The notes under the pieces are model-generated. The model saw nothing but the letters and a program-made list of their open reading frames with translations. It was not told the DNA's origin and searched no databases. From the NCBI GenBank assembly GCA_951804945.1, contig OX638153.1:95604001-95668000 (forward strand): 64,000 bases of DNA, written 5' to 3'. Shown one piece after another: positions 21,801-35,500 of the stretch (position 1 is the stretch's first letter; every line of letters starts with the position of its first letter). The translations under genes and the position numbers were made by a program. This DNA is from Podarcis cretensis (Eukaryota).

Positions 21801-24800
21801 TGTAATAAAACCTCTAAGCGGTTTACAAGAAACAACAACAGTATCTAACTAGTTAATGGAAGCTGTACAAGATCAAAACAGACTCCCACAGAATATAAGG
21901 ACAGAAAAAAACCTGCTGCAAATCAGAAGCTGAAATTGGGTTGCTCAAAGCTCATGCTGATCCAAAAGAGCAGGGATGGGGAACTTCCGCTTAACAAGGC
22001 CCACCAGACCTCCCTATGTGGCCCAAGAGAATATTTTGGCTAAACCATGCCAACCGGTGCGGAACTTTGTAAGTCCTGGGAATCAGCTGCAAAAGTAGGT
22101 TACCTGATGTCACTGGTGCCATTATAACTAAGAGGAAGACTTCTGGTCTTTTGTTAAACATTATGTTGAACAATTTTTTAAATTCATTATATATGAGGGT
22201 CCCAAAAGTTTTTTATTTTCTTGCAACTCCACCACTTGTCAAACTTGGCCCACAGCGGGTAGGGGAAGTAAGAATCCGGCCCACGAGCCATATTCCATTT
22301 CCCACCCCTGCAAAAGAGAGTTCTGTGATCAGTCAATAGTGGCAGGGTGGGACTGATACTGCTATATCAAGAAGTGTGTTAAAAGGACCTGTCCACAGGA
22401 AGACAGGAGGCTGCATTAAGCTGAGTCGGATTGTTCCTCCACCTACAGTGTGGTGTAGTGGTTAAGAGCGGCAGTCCCGTAATCTGGGTAACCGGGTTCG
22501 AGTCTCCGCTCCTCCACATGCAGCTGCTGGGTGACCTTGGGCCAGTCACATTTCTTTGAGGTCTCTCAGCCCCACTCACCTCACAGAGTGTTTGTTGTGG
22601 GGGAGGAAGGGAAAGGAGAATGTTAGCTGCTTTGAGACTCCTTAAAAGGGAGTGAAAGGCGGGATATCAAATCCAAACTCTTCTTCTTCTTCTTCTTCTT
22701 CTAACTCAGTACCATCTAGACCAGGGGTTCCCAAACTTGGGTCTCCAGCTGTTGTTGGACTACAACTCCCATCATCCCTAGTTGGCAGGACCAGTGGTCA
22801 GGGATGTTGAGAGTGGAGGTGGATCTCCAGGGTTTCAGGCAGGGGAATCATCAGTCTTCCAATGCCCTAACTAGAGATGCCAGGACTGAACCTGGGACCT
22901 TCTTCATAGAAATCAGAGGGGCCACCACTGAGCTATGGCCCTTCCCCAGCTATGATGCCTCCAAATGATCAGGCACTGCTCATGATTCATCTTCAAAAAG
23001 GAGCGACATGCTATGTTGGATTGCTGCAGAGAAGGGAGATGTCAAAGGGCTGACCCTACCCTATAGAACACATTTTTAACAGGGAGGCTGTACAGCTCTC
23101 ACTAATCTTTCACAACAAAATCACCCAAGCGCTCTCATTGTTAGCAGGTCAGTTTCCTAACGTTCAAACCGCTATCTGCCGTTGCTGGGAAGCAGAGCTA
23201 TTTTTGCTTTTCTTTTTAAAGGCATATTCACCTCTCCTGCATCACATATAGCTTGGGTTCATCTAGCATTTTTACCCCCTATGGTGATGCAAATTACACT
23301 GGTTCCACTGCTACAACTGATCACTCAATTGGTGTTAAAAGCCTTCTAAAAAGACCTAGGTCCCAAATATTGGAAAGGCCTCCTCCTCCCCTAAAGACCT
23401 TCTCAACTCTTAAGGATGGCAGCAGGGGGCCTCTTGGTAGCTTCTCCACTGTCACAAATTGGGGGGTGGAGATGGCCGCCCAGGAGACGGCATTCTCTGT
23501 GGCCACCTCTAAATCATGGAACTCCCTCCCCACGGAGGTACGTTGGTACCTTCGCTAAAAAAGCTTTTGCTGAATGCTGAAGATGTACCTCTTTACCCTG
23601 GGCCTTTGACACAGGAGAAGTATAGCGTTATGAGTTTGGGGTGTTAAGTGGCATGTCAGACCCCACTAACCCCTGGATCCAGCAAGTGTTAAAATTTAAT
23701 CAAGTCTTCTAATTCCTGAAATAGCCAGGTTAGCCTCCTGGTGAGGCATAAGGAGAACAAAGGAAGGGCCTCTGTGGGAGATGGCAAATGGGTGCAGCCT
23801 CTCCCTCAACTCGTGGATAGTTAGAAAGACAGAGCTGGAATTTAGAGCTGAAAAAGTTGCAGTGATATGGGCAGATGTAACGCAGCAAGCTGGGAGAAGA
23901 CAGAGAAGCAGAGCAATGTTGGATGTATGTTTGAATCCAGGGCTGTGGCTGTGGGAGAAGAAAGACCCTTTTGGGATGCTAATGCTGTGGATTCCTCCAT
24001 CGTAGGCTCAGGTTGTATATATGTGTAAATAAACCATATATCCTAAAGACACCACAGTCTCTGCTGTGCTTCATTACCAAAGGAAACACAAACCCTGGGT
24101 AAGCACCTGGAACCCCTGAAATCTTGCACTGCTCGGAGATTGGAGTGCAAATATTTTTAGGGCCCTATTCTTTTGGTTTAATTTGTTTTAAACTGATTTT
24201 AATGTTGTATCTTTAAATTGCTATAACCTGACTCAGGATCTTGTGGTGGAGGGAGGGTAAGAAATTGAATACTACTACTACTACTACTACTAGTAGTAGT
24301 AGTAGTAGTAGTAGTACTAAATTCATCTATTTGTATTTGTTTCTCTGCTTCTTCCCCATCCATCTACTGCCTCCCGGGGGTCCTTGTGTCATGTAGATAA
24401 AGGGCTCCTTAGACAGGTGAAGTGACACTAGTACCCGCAGAAACAGGAGCATCATCCAGGTCCTCTGAGTCCTGCCTCCGTCCCAGACCTGCTGAGCAAC
24501 TGTGTTGACGTCGGCTGCCAGAATAGGATCCTTGCTGGTGGCTGAAGAGGCCCACTGGAAGAAAGCATATTTCATTGGGGTGTTTAGAGATAGTTGTGGG
24601 GCCAGCACTGTGCATATTCAGTTGCAGAACAATCTCATTTTCTCTGCATGGATTTTATTGAGCTAATAATAAATACAGCCTGCATTCTGCAGACAGATAT
24701 ATTCCTGGCTGCCACTGGAAAATATCCCCTCACTCAGCAGCTAGTTCAAGTTGATGCAGTCATCTGCACCAGGAAAACATGCCACCCTAGATACCTGAAG

Positions 24801-27800
24801 AAACCTGGAATGTACCAAAATTGTATGGTGGAAATGTCTGTAAATATTTGGGCTGCTCTCAGCAGTTTGCTAACAAAAGAAGCTGGTGAAAGCAGCCAGT
24901 TTTGTTCTGCAATCCTGCAGTGGAGTCTAATTGCTGCTCACTATCATTCTTTCTCAATCCTGATATGTTTAAACAGGCAGGTTAGATGCTATAAGCAGCT
25001 GGACTCCTTTCTCTTCCAAGGGAAAACAAATGAAGACAGGCTGCTCCAGATTTTGAGCACTTCAGGAAGGAACAGTGGAAGAACATGATTGTGCAATCTG
25101 TTGGACAACTGAATTTTTTTTAAAAAAGTTTCTAGCTCTCACGATAGAATTTATTCTCAAAACTAGATCCCTGATGAATCCTGGGGATTCAGATTCTGAC
25201 CTAAGAAGCAGACCTCTGCACATGCACTCCAAGCAGCCCTACCTGTGCTTCGAACCTCAAGGGCAGAGGGCAAGATCTCCTGGGTGGAGGCATCAACAGG
25301 CACCACAGAGGTATATATTGAAGGTGTGTTGCAAGCTTTGCTGGACTGGACAGCCTTAATGCGGAATCTTCGTGAGAAACCTTTGGAGGGGCAGAATCAC
25401 AGTGCTGGTTACAGTTAAGAGGGGAGGTGGATTTGAGATACAGGGTAGGCAAAGTTATGTATGCTTGTCTTTAAGCAAGTCCATATTCTTTGCGGCTTCA
25501 GAAATGAGCTTTGCAACAAGACCCAAGCCCACATTTAATAATCCGATTAATACTCATCATCTGTTTAAGTAGTCAAATTTGAGGCAGAATGGGCAAGTGA
25601 AGGGAAGGGCAGGCTTACCATGTTCAATCTCAGCTTCCCTTTGAGACACATTCTCATTATCCCGGATGACGGAGCCAGCAGTCAAGTGGTGAAGCAGTTT
25701 GTCCCAGCCCTTACTCTGCTGCTGCCACTGAGAAGGCTCCTCCTTGGCCTGGCTGTCTTTGGCAAGAAGCAGGGAATCCAGGGCAGCTGTCACTTCCCAA
25801 GAGACCGGTTTCCCTGCACTGAGTCCATGGATCACAACTTGGCACTGGAGAGGCAGCCAGGCACTGTTGTCACACTCTCCTCGCTCAGTTGCTGGTGATG
25901 GGCTGAAAAGGTATGGGGGTTCCAATAGCGTGTCCCAGTCTAGGTGGGCTGGTGACAGTAGGTTGCCTAGGAGAGAGCAAGGCGTGGGAATGCACACACG
26001 AGGCTCATCAGGTTTTGCAACAGGATAGAGTTTCCCGCAGGCAGACATCTCTGGAAGCTCACAAACACCCAGTTAGGAGTGTACACATCCCCAAGTTTGG
26101 CACTCAGAGACTTTCACTTGCCCTGCTGCTTTCCCCCAGGGGAAACCCAATCTTCACTGATGAATTGGAGCAGATGATATCAGTCGGGTTTTCTCCAGAT
26201 TGACGTTTGCTCTGATTTGGCACTGAAGATTGGGTTTCTGGGGGAAAGCGATGGGGCAAAGGTAAAACTGTTCAGACAAGTGGAAAACCACCCCAATCTC
26301 TGTTTTCTAGGCACGGGGGAAGTGTGGAAGAGCCTTTAGATACCACAACAGCTGGTATGACAGGAACCTTTGCAAGTGAAGGATCCAAGAGGACTGCAAG
26401 TACCTTCAATGGTTATTTACAGCAGGGATGGGGCCCTTCAGATGTTGCTGGACACCAACTCCCATCAGCCCCAACCAGCATAGCCAAAGGCCGGGGGTGA
26501 TGGGAGCTGAAGTCCAAGAGCATCCAGAGGATTGCAGGGTCCCTATCCATGGATTATAGCAAGGCAGTTGCTTGCAGACTGAGCATGAGGCATTTGCAAC
26601 CATATGGGACTCTGCTTCAATGATGGAAAGGTTTTAGTAGCTAATCTCTGGTCCCAAAGTCAGCAGGAAAGGTGCATTTTCCCCTGCCAACAGAAATGGC
26701 ACCTGAGCCTGCCAGGATTAGTCTGGCACCTACTGGCTGCAAATCCTGCAAAGCACTCTCCCCAGACTTGGAAGGCTTACAATCTGACCATAATCCCCTT
26801 CCTGATAGACGAGGCCTGCAGTCTTCGCTCTTCTGGACAGCCATCTGCACTCTACACAATGCTGGCCAACTCCGTTCCTAGTCACAAAAACCTTGACATT
26901 CAGTTTGTTCTGAGACAGGCTTTGGGCTTCCCCTGGCCCAGGTAACTCCCCAGTCAAAGGTGGGTATGGAGGGAAAAATTGAGCAACATCATTCACCACA
27001 AAAACAAACAAACCGCTCTACAGATGGACGAGAGCTTCTTCTAAGTCCTGCCAAGTCTTGGAGCAGGGAGGGGATGATACAGATATATCAAGACGGGTTT
27101 CAGGCAGAGGACATCCCCAGCTCTACCTGGTGATGTTATGGGGTTGAACCTGGGATCTTCTGTCACTGAGCTACAGCGCAGAACTGGAGTGGGGGATAAA
27201 CTAACAGGGATGTTATTTGCACAAGACTTAAGTGGGAAGAATAACAGACACCAAGATGCCACCCCCAGCAGATGGCCCACATGCAAGTCTCAGCCACTCT
27301 TGCTTTCTCTCATCTTGCATGGGGCTTCTTGCCCCCTCTGCTCTCCCAACAGGAGACTTCCACGTTCTTCTTCCCCACCACTCACTGGAATCAGCAATGC
27401 TTCTGCGCATCTTCTGCAACTCTGGCCCAATCTCATCCAGTTTCCCTTCCAGGGAACGGTTCCGCTTCTGGGACACCTTCTCTAGGGCTCGGCGCAGCCG
27501 ATGGGCATCCAGCTCACCATGTGGGGAGGAGAAGCTACGTCCAGACAGAGCAGCTCGGGCCAAGGCCTTCTTCCTTCGCACCAGCTCCTCGGAGCTCAGG
27601 GCCGCAGACACCTTAAGAGAAAGGGAGGGCGAGAAGGTCAATGCTGGGAAAACTCTAAGGAAGCATGTCAAAGATCACTGTAAGAAAGCAAATGCCCTTC
27701 CCTTGTGCAGATCTAATGCCGGGCCTACTGCATCTCTACACCTGAGGAATAATCTTCCATTCTCTCCCTCTCACACACAAAGCTCTTCCAACCAGTTTAT

Positions 27801-29533
27801 GGAACATTCACCCTCATTTTCTTGCAGGGCAGTTTGAAAACATGGGCTATTGAATAAGCATTCATTCTGATTTGTCTGCAGGCAGGTGAGACAACATTGC
27901 ATCAAGGAAGTGTTACTCCAGCCTTTCAATTTCATGTTGCCATTACTTTCCTTATCACAAAAAGTCTGTGTGCGTTTTAGCGGGGGGGGGGGAGTGGGTT
28001 TGTTGCACAAGAGCTCCCAATCAATTATAATTGCACAACTGGAATGTGCCAATATATGGTTTAATCCCACCTAAAAATAGCAACAGTCCAGAAGGACCCA
28101 TAATTATGAAGGACTTTTCAAATTACTCCAAAGGATACTCAGAAAGGCTGAGACCTTGGTTCTGGGGTTTTATCATGGGAGGCCTAAGTTGTCCAGTGCA
28201 GATTCGACACTTACATTACAAAGCCAACTGAATTTACGTAAGAACATAAGAAGAACCTGCTGGATGAGGCCAAAGGCCCATTGAGTCCAGCATCCTGTTC
28301 TCGCAGTGGCCAACCAGATGCCCCTAGGAATCCCACAAGCAGAAGCGCACTCTCCCCTCCCTGTGGTTTCCAGCAACTGGTATTCAGAAGAATGGCTTCC
28401 TCTGAGGGTGTCAAAAAGACTCATGTCTGAAAATATTTGTGAATTTGTTTTGTGTTAAAAGGCTGCAGAACAGCCTTTAAACTAACCCCTGGGGGAAAGG
28501 AACTGGGAGGGTATCTGGGTCAGGACGACTCATTGTTTCAGTTGACTGGGAGCCTTTCTAAAGAGGTGGCAAAAATGCTATAAATAATAGAGGATGAGGG
28601 TGAAAATGTTTCTGACCATCCAGCTGGGAATACCTCCACCTAAAAATAGGAAGAATGGGAAATCTCCCTTTACATTTCCAATAGAAGATTTGATCCTAGA
28701 AAAAAAGACCCAAAGTAGTATAAAGAGCCAGTGTGGTGTAGTGGTTAAGAGCGGTAGTCTCGTAATCTGGTGAACCGGGTTCGCTTCCCCGCTCCTCCAC
28801 ATGCAGCTGCTGGGGGACCTTGGGCTAGTCACACTTCTCTGAAGTCTCTCAGCCCCACTCACCTCACAGAGTGTTTGTTGTGGGGGAGGAAGGGAAAGGA
28901 GAATGTTAGCCGCTTTGAGACTCCTTAAAGGGAGTGAATCCAAACTCTTCTTCTTCTTCTTATAAAGCAGCAGGCATCTTTCAAAGTGTGCTGGGTGCTG
29001 TGGAGTGGAGGGGACCTGAAATGCCTCACCTTAGGAGCAGCACCAGAGGGAGCCTGGGAGACGGGGGCAGACTTGGTGGAGGAATTGCACAGGGAGACAC
29101 TCTTCTGGCCTTGCTGTGAGCTGCCTTCGAGAGCCTGGGCTAAGGACCCTCCCACTGGAGGGACATCTCTGGAGCCCGTGGACTCGCTGCTGGTGGAACT
29201 GTGGGAGAGCAAGCCGTGGCTGTGGTCGGTGCTGACTGAGCAGTGAGTGAGCACATACTGTTCCTTGATGTAGGAGGGCTGGTAAATCCGCTTCCAGATG
29301 TCTCCTCTGGACACAGGATCCCCACCTGCCAGGGAGAAGAACGCAGAGGCACTGGCATGGAGAGCTCCATAATATACCGAGGCACAATTATTATTGTTGC
29401 TGATTACATTTGCATACTGCCCTTCATTCGCAGATCGCAGGGTGGTTCACACCATAAAATCACAATATAGAAACCACAAAATACATAGTAAAAATAAGAA
29501 CAAACTAATAACTCCCCTCTCCCACAACACATT

Positions 29534-29581
<48 letters not shown>

Positions 29582-32500
29582 TTATTATTTGTACCCCGCC
29601 CATCTGGCTGGGTTTCCCCAGCTACTCTGGGCAGCTTCCAACAAAGATGAAAAATACACTAAAATGTCACAGGGCTGCCTTCAGATGTCTTCTGAATGTC
29701 AGGTAGTTGTTTATCGCTTTGAAATCTGATGGGAGGGTGTTCCACAGGGCGGGCGCCACTACCGAGAAGGCCCTCTGCCTGTCCACAGGGCGGGCGCCAC
29801 TACCGAGAAGGCCCTCTGCCTGGTTCCCTGTAACTTGGCCTCTCGCAGTGAGGGAACTGCCAGAAGGCCCTCGGAGCTGGACCTCAGTGTCCGGGCAGAA
29901 CGATGGGGGAGGAGACGCTCCTTCAGATATACTGGACCGAGGCCGTTTAGGGCTTTAAAGGTCAGCACCAACACTTTGAATTGTGCTCGGAAACGTACTG
30001 GGAGCCAATGTAGGTCTTTCAAGACCGGTGTTATATGGTCTCGGCGGCTGCTCCCAGTCACCAGTCTAGCTCCCTCACAGAGGGAAGCATTCACCACCCC
30101 ACAAAGCCCATCGCCCAGTCCTTCCCGGCTAGCTTTTATAAGCCAGGATGGGCAAGGATCCAGGAGACAGGTGGTTGGCTTCACTCGTCCAAGCAGCCTG
30201 TCCACATCCTCGGAGGTAACAGATTGGAATTGATCCCACACAACTTGACTAGACAGGACTCTAGCACTCTCCCGCCCTGGCCCTGCTCCCACGGTGGAGT
30301 CTACTTCTTCCCGAATCTGAGCGATTTTATCTGCAAAAAACTTTGCAAAATCATTGCAGGAGATCATGTGGCCCGTACTGGGCACCGATGTCGCAGGTGG
30401 TTCCGCTAAATTGTGAACCACCTGAAAAAGTCTCCTGCTGCTGTTTTCTGCAGATGCAATAGAGGCGGTGAAGAAATTCTTCTTCGCCGTCGCTATCGCC
30501 ACTTGGTAGGCTCGATGTTGAGCTCTAACCTGTGTCCGGTCAGATTCGGAATGAGTTATCCGCCACCGGCGCTCTAGCCATCTCAACGATTGTTTCATTG
30601 GCCTCAGATCCGTGGAAAACCACGGGGCTGTCCGGGCTCCATGCAATCGGAGAGGGCGCTTAGGAGCCAAACAGTCAATAGCCCTGGTTAACTCCACATT
30701 CCAGCGGGCCACCAGGGAATCGGCTGAAAGGCCATCAACATGGGATAAAGCATCCCCTACCACTCTCTGGAAACCATTTGGATCCATTAAGTGGCGGGGG
30801 CGGACCATCCGAATCGGTCCCACCTCCCTGCAGAGGGGATGGGTCGCCGAGAAGTTCAGTTGCACCACGAAGTGGTCTGACCATTTAAATGGGCATCGAA
30901 TGTCAATTGGCCAAAGGCCTGGTTGAAAAGGAAAATTTTAGCCTGGCATCCACTGGAGATGCCAAAGAATGAACCTGGGACCTCCTACATGCAAAGCAGT
31001 GCTGTGGCAAAGAGCTCTGGCCTCTCATCACTCCTCAACTGACCTCCACAATTCAAAAAGGAACAGTGGTCAGGGCCAGTCGGGTGGAAGAGAGTGAGTC
31101 CAACAGTAGGCAGAGACACAGCCAGGACAGGTGGAGCCAGCTCTATTTTATTTCCACTTTCCCACCACTGTCTTCCCAGCTGAGTTCTACAAAGGTCAAA
31201 CTGAGACTAAGGTGGAGGAAGCAGACACCCAGGGCCACCCTCTGGACTGGTTATGTGTAAAAAAAGTCAGTGGGCTTGTAGGAATCAAGACGCAGTTCAC
31301 ACCCACAGCACACATTTAAAGCACCTTCAAGTACATGGCTTCCATCACAGAATTCTTGGGATGTAGTTTAGCTTCGGGACGAGGGTGGCACTGTGGGTAA
31401 AACCTCAGCACCTAGGACTTGCCAATCGCATGGTCGGCGGTTCGAATCCCCACGGCGGGGTGAGCTCCCGTCGTTCGGTCCCAGCTCCTGCCCACCTAGC
31501 AGTTCGAAAGCACCCCTAAGTGCAAGTAGATAAATAGGTACCGCTTTATAGCGGGAAGGTAAACGGCGTTTCCGTGTGTGGCGCTGGTGCTGGCTCGCCA
31601 GCTGCAGCTTCGTCACACTGGCCACGTGACCCGGAAGTGTCTTTGGACGGCGCCGGCTCACGGCCTCTTGAGCGAGATGAGCGCGCAACCCTAGAGTCAG
31701 ACACGACTGGCTAGTTTAGCTCACAGAGCTATAGGTCTCAGCACCCTTAACTAACTACAGTTCCCAGGATTCTTTGCAGGAAGCCATGTGCTTTAAATGT
31801 ACGGTGTAGCTGTGACCTCAGGTTGTTGGGGCTGAAGTGTAGAGTGCCCTATTTCCCCCTGTGGACCAGACTGCAGAGAATGGGAGGAGGGGATCACTGC
31901 TTAGTGGGTCTGGAGCAAAGATTGTTGCTCCATTCCCAGACAGTCCTAGAGGAAAAAACTGAAAACAAACGCCATCCCACAAAGTTCTACTTACTTTTCA
32001 TAGACTCCTCAGTGCCCCCAGCAGAAAACTCCAGAGATATCTCACGGGAAATTTCATGAAGGGCTCGGCAAATTTCTTGACTCTCCCCGGCTGGGTGTGG
32101 ATGGGCTCCTTCCAAACCAGTTGCCTCCTCCTGGGACTGGAACACTGAACCTGCAGAGCCCCTAGATAGACTCCGGCACAACGGCTCTCTGCCCTGGGGA
32201 AATAAGGCAGCCAAACTTTAAGGCGAGTAGATGACTGAAGGCATATTTTAAAAGGCTCTGCTCTGAGGGGAACGAAGGAAACAAGGCAAAAAGGCACCTT
32301 CTCCAGGCACGGCTTTCTGCAAGTGGCTACTGGAGCCAGGCACAAAATAAACGCAGGCCTTGTTTCCCACAGCAGGGGGAGCCACACTTTTTCGGACAGG
32401 GCTGGGGAATGTTTTTCAGCCTGTGAGCCATATTCCCTCTGGAGGGCTGCCTGTTGGTGTTACTACATCACAGCCAGGCAAAAATTCTCTCAAGAGGGTA

Positions 32501-35500
32501 TGCAGCAGGGCCTGGGGAGAGTCCCAAGTGCCAGAAAAAAGCCTGCCAGGCCACATTCCGCCCCCAAGCCCAAGTTTTAAGGGAATGGGTGCTCAACTGT
32601 TGCCTTCTTGTCCCGGAAACTGGCAATGTGGTAAAGAGTGCAGTAGCTGATGAGCCGGTCTCCTGGATACAGGGCTGCGATCTCATTGGGCGATAGCAGG
32701 GCCTCCATGGTGTCTGGCACATACCAGTCTATCGTGATGTCACTCACAGCCGGCTCAATTGCTTTTTTCAAAGACTTTATCAGCTGGGGGGAAAACCAGA
32801 GATATTCAGCAGCCCTCGTATGTCTAACAGCTAGTTGCCATATTCTAAGGACGGATGAGAAATTTGATCAAGTTTGTATTTAAAGGCCAATCTATCAAAT
32901 TTGTACTTTCCAGAACAATACGCAAACTGAAACAGCCATCCTTTGACATGTGCACTTATCTGAACTTTGCAATGCAGTTCTTCCATCAACCAGTATTTAC
33001 CAAACTGCAAATGTTAGGAGAAAGTGTGCATAAAAAGATGTTGTTGAATATAACGTACAATAATGTATTGTATGAGGAGAAATTACTTGCAGAAATAAGT
33101 GCAGGAGTCAAGACTGCACATAAAAAAGGTGTTTATCAGGAGAAATTCACACAAAACAGGGATGAATTTTCAAGAGGTTTTTTTTTTTTTTTAGAAATAA
33201 TTTTTATTAGTTTACAACAAAAACAGAAACACATACTAATTTCACATCCAATTTTTCACAAATTATTTCTTTTCTGGACTTCCTTCAGCTTTTCCGTAAA
33301 TCATCCATAGTCATTATTTAAGTTACGCATTCCTTAGGTTTGTATTGTCATTATTTATACCTTTCTTTTTCTATTCCCTTTAAACAATACTTCTCAATTT
33401 TCACAGTGCTTCTTTAAATCCCTCTAGCGCTATCTGTCCCTCACTTATACTTTCCAGATATTCCACAAATTTCCCCCAGTCCTCAATGAACTTTTGGTCT
33501 TTTAAATATCTAATCTTCCCAGTCAATTTATCCAACTCCACATAGTCTAACAGCTTCATTCTCCATTCTTCCACCGTCGGTATTTCCTGTTGTTTCCATT
33601 TCTGGGCCAGTAACACTCTTGCAGCTGTCACTGCATATTGGAAAAATTTACAATCCTTTCTCTTTATCTCATTCAAGAGGGGTTTTTTTTTTTAAAAAAA
33701 AATTAATTAAAAAGTCTGGAAATTTCTGCAGAAATGTGAAGACTGGAGAAACAAGGAAGTGAAAGAACAGAGAGTGACAGACCCCCCATCCCTACCTCCT
33801 TGAGCCTCTTTCAGGTGACAATATCCTGAAAGATGGCTTGGCTGCCAACACTGTCTCTGCATGGATTCTTGAACAGAAGGATGATAATGCTACACTGCTG
33901 TCTGGATCCTTCATAGCTGATGCACGCCTGTGTTAAATTGTGATTGTACTAGTGTGGACATGGCACATAACTACTGAGCACAGGTGACCACCCAAGTCAA
34001 AAATACCAACAATGAAGCAGGACAGCACGTACCTTGGGGTGCAGCCTTTCACTTGGGCTTAGGAATTCAGCCCGACCTCTGCTCACCTTTGCCAGTCCGC
34101 GCAGGAGCCTACGGCAGGCACCAGAACCCAGGCCAAAGGTAAAACACCTGTGGGAAAGAAGTCCTTGAACCTCAGACCACCCAGCCTGCTTCATTCTGTT
34201 CCACACTCTTATTAGGATGTGCACTGCCAAGCCATGGCAAGCGCTCTGAGCTCAGCAAACTGCACTGAAGTCTTCATCTCATTCATACTTTTTTAAAGCT
34301 CATTACTTCCCATAAAGTATCGTGGGAATTGCAGTTTGTTATGGATTCTGGCAACTGTAGCTCTTAGTAGTAAACTACAGTTCCCATGATTCTTTGGGGG
34401 AAAGTAATGTGCTTTAAATGTATGGTGTTTATGCAGCCTCTTGTAAGAGGTTTGGCTGCTAGAGAGCCAAGGACGAGAGGCAGAGGCTTGCTTAGGGTCA
34501 CCCAGATAATTAATGGCTGGGGAGCAATTTGAACACACAAATCCAGTTATGACTACAAGTGTAAATACATCTGCAACATTCTAACATCAGCGGGGGTGGC
34601 CTGGAAGTGCCCTCTACTGCATTCAGCACAAACACACCTTTCTTCTGTACCAGACTGAGTCTGGCAAATGATTCTGCAAGTCTACAGTGCAAATTCAGTG
34701 TGAGATAGGGAAACATTGGCTGTAGAGGGTGCTTATTGGCTAATTCTCATAATAGATGGCTGACCAGGGCTGGTTATAGGGAGCAGATGGCTCCCTTATT
34801 AGAAGATCTTCACTGGCTACCCGTCTGTTTCTGGGCACAATTCAAAGTGCTGGTTATGACATATACATAGGAACTTTTTTATAGTCAAACCTAACTATGC
34901 ATATCTATGCTGGTTAGCAATCAATCCTAAGTTTGTGGAACGCCCCCTACAATGATAGATTCAAACTAACTCTACTGTACACACATTTTAAAGAGCTTTT
35001 AGGGACAGAAGCTCTAGGTCCTCAATAGCTGCATGGCAGGCAGAAATCAACAGGTGAAACCATAATGGAGGAGCAATCGGCTAGTGTGCATAGAAGTTAA
35101 CAGCATGAGCAGGAAAGGATAGGAATACTGATCAATGTTATAGTGTTGCTGCAAAGATTACTGATATAATGTATGTGAAGTTCTTTGAATGCTTGAAAGT
35201 GCTATTTAAATGCTAAGTAATATTGATTATTGCAAATCATGAGGCTATTAGTGGCACAGAGCTTCTGTGCATAATAAAGACCGACCCAGATCCAGCTCTC
35301 TTTATTTAATGGATGATACTGCCTCTCCACTTTTCAACACAGAGCAGAGTACTTTACTCTATCCAGGTCTGTAGAGAGGACCTCTTGCACACCAAGGTAG
35401 AATTGGAGATCTATGAAAGGCCAGTTCACCCCACTCCATACCTGACACTGCTCGCGTGTCTCCTGACCAGCTCGATGACCTTGCCTGTGTTTCCAGCACT

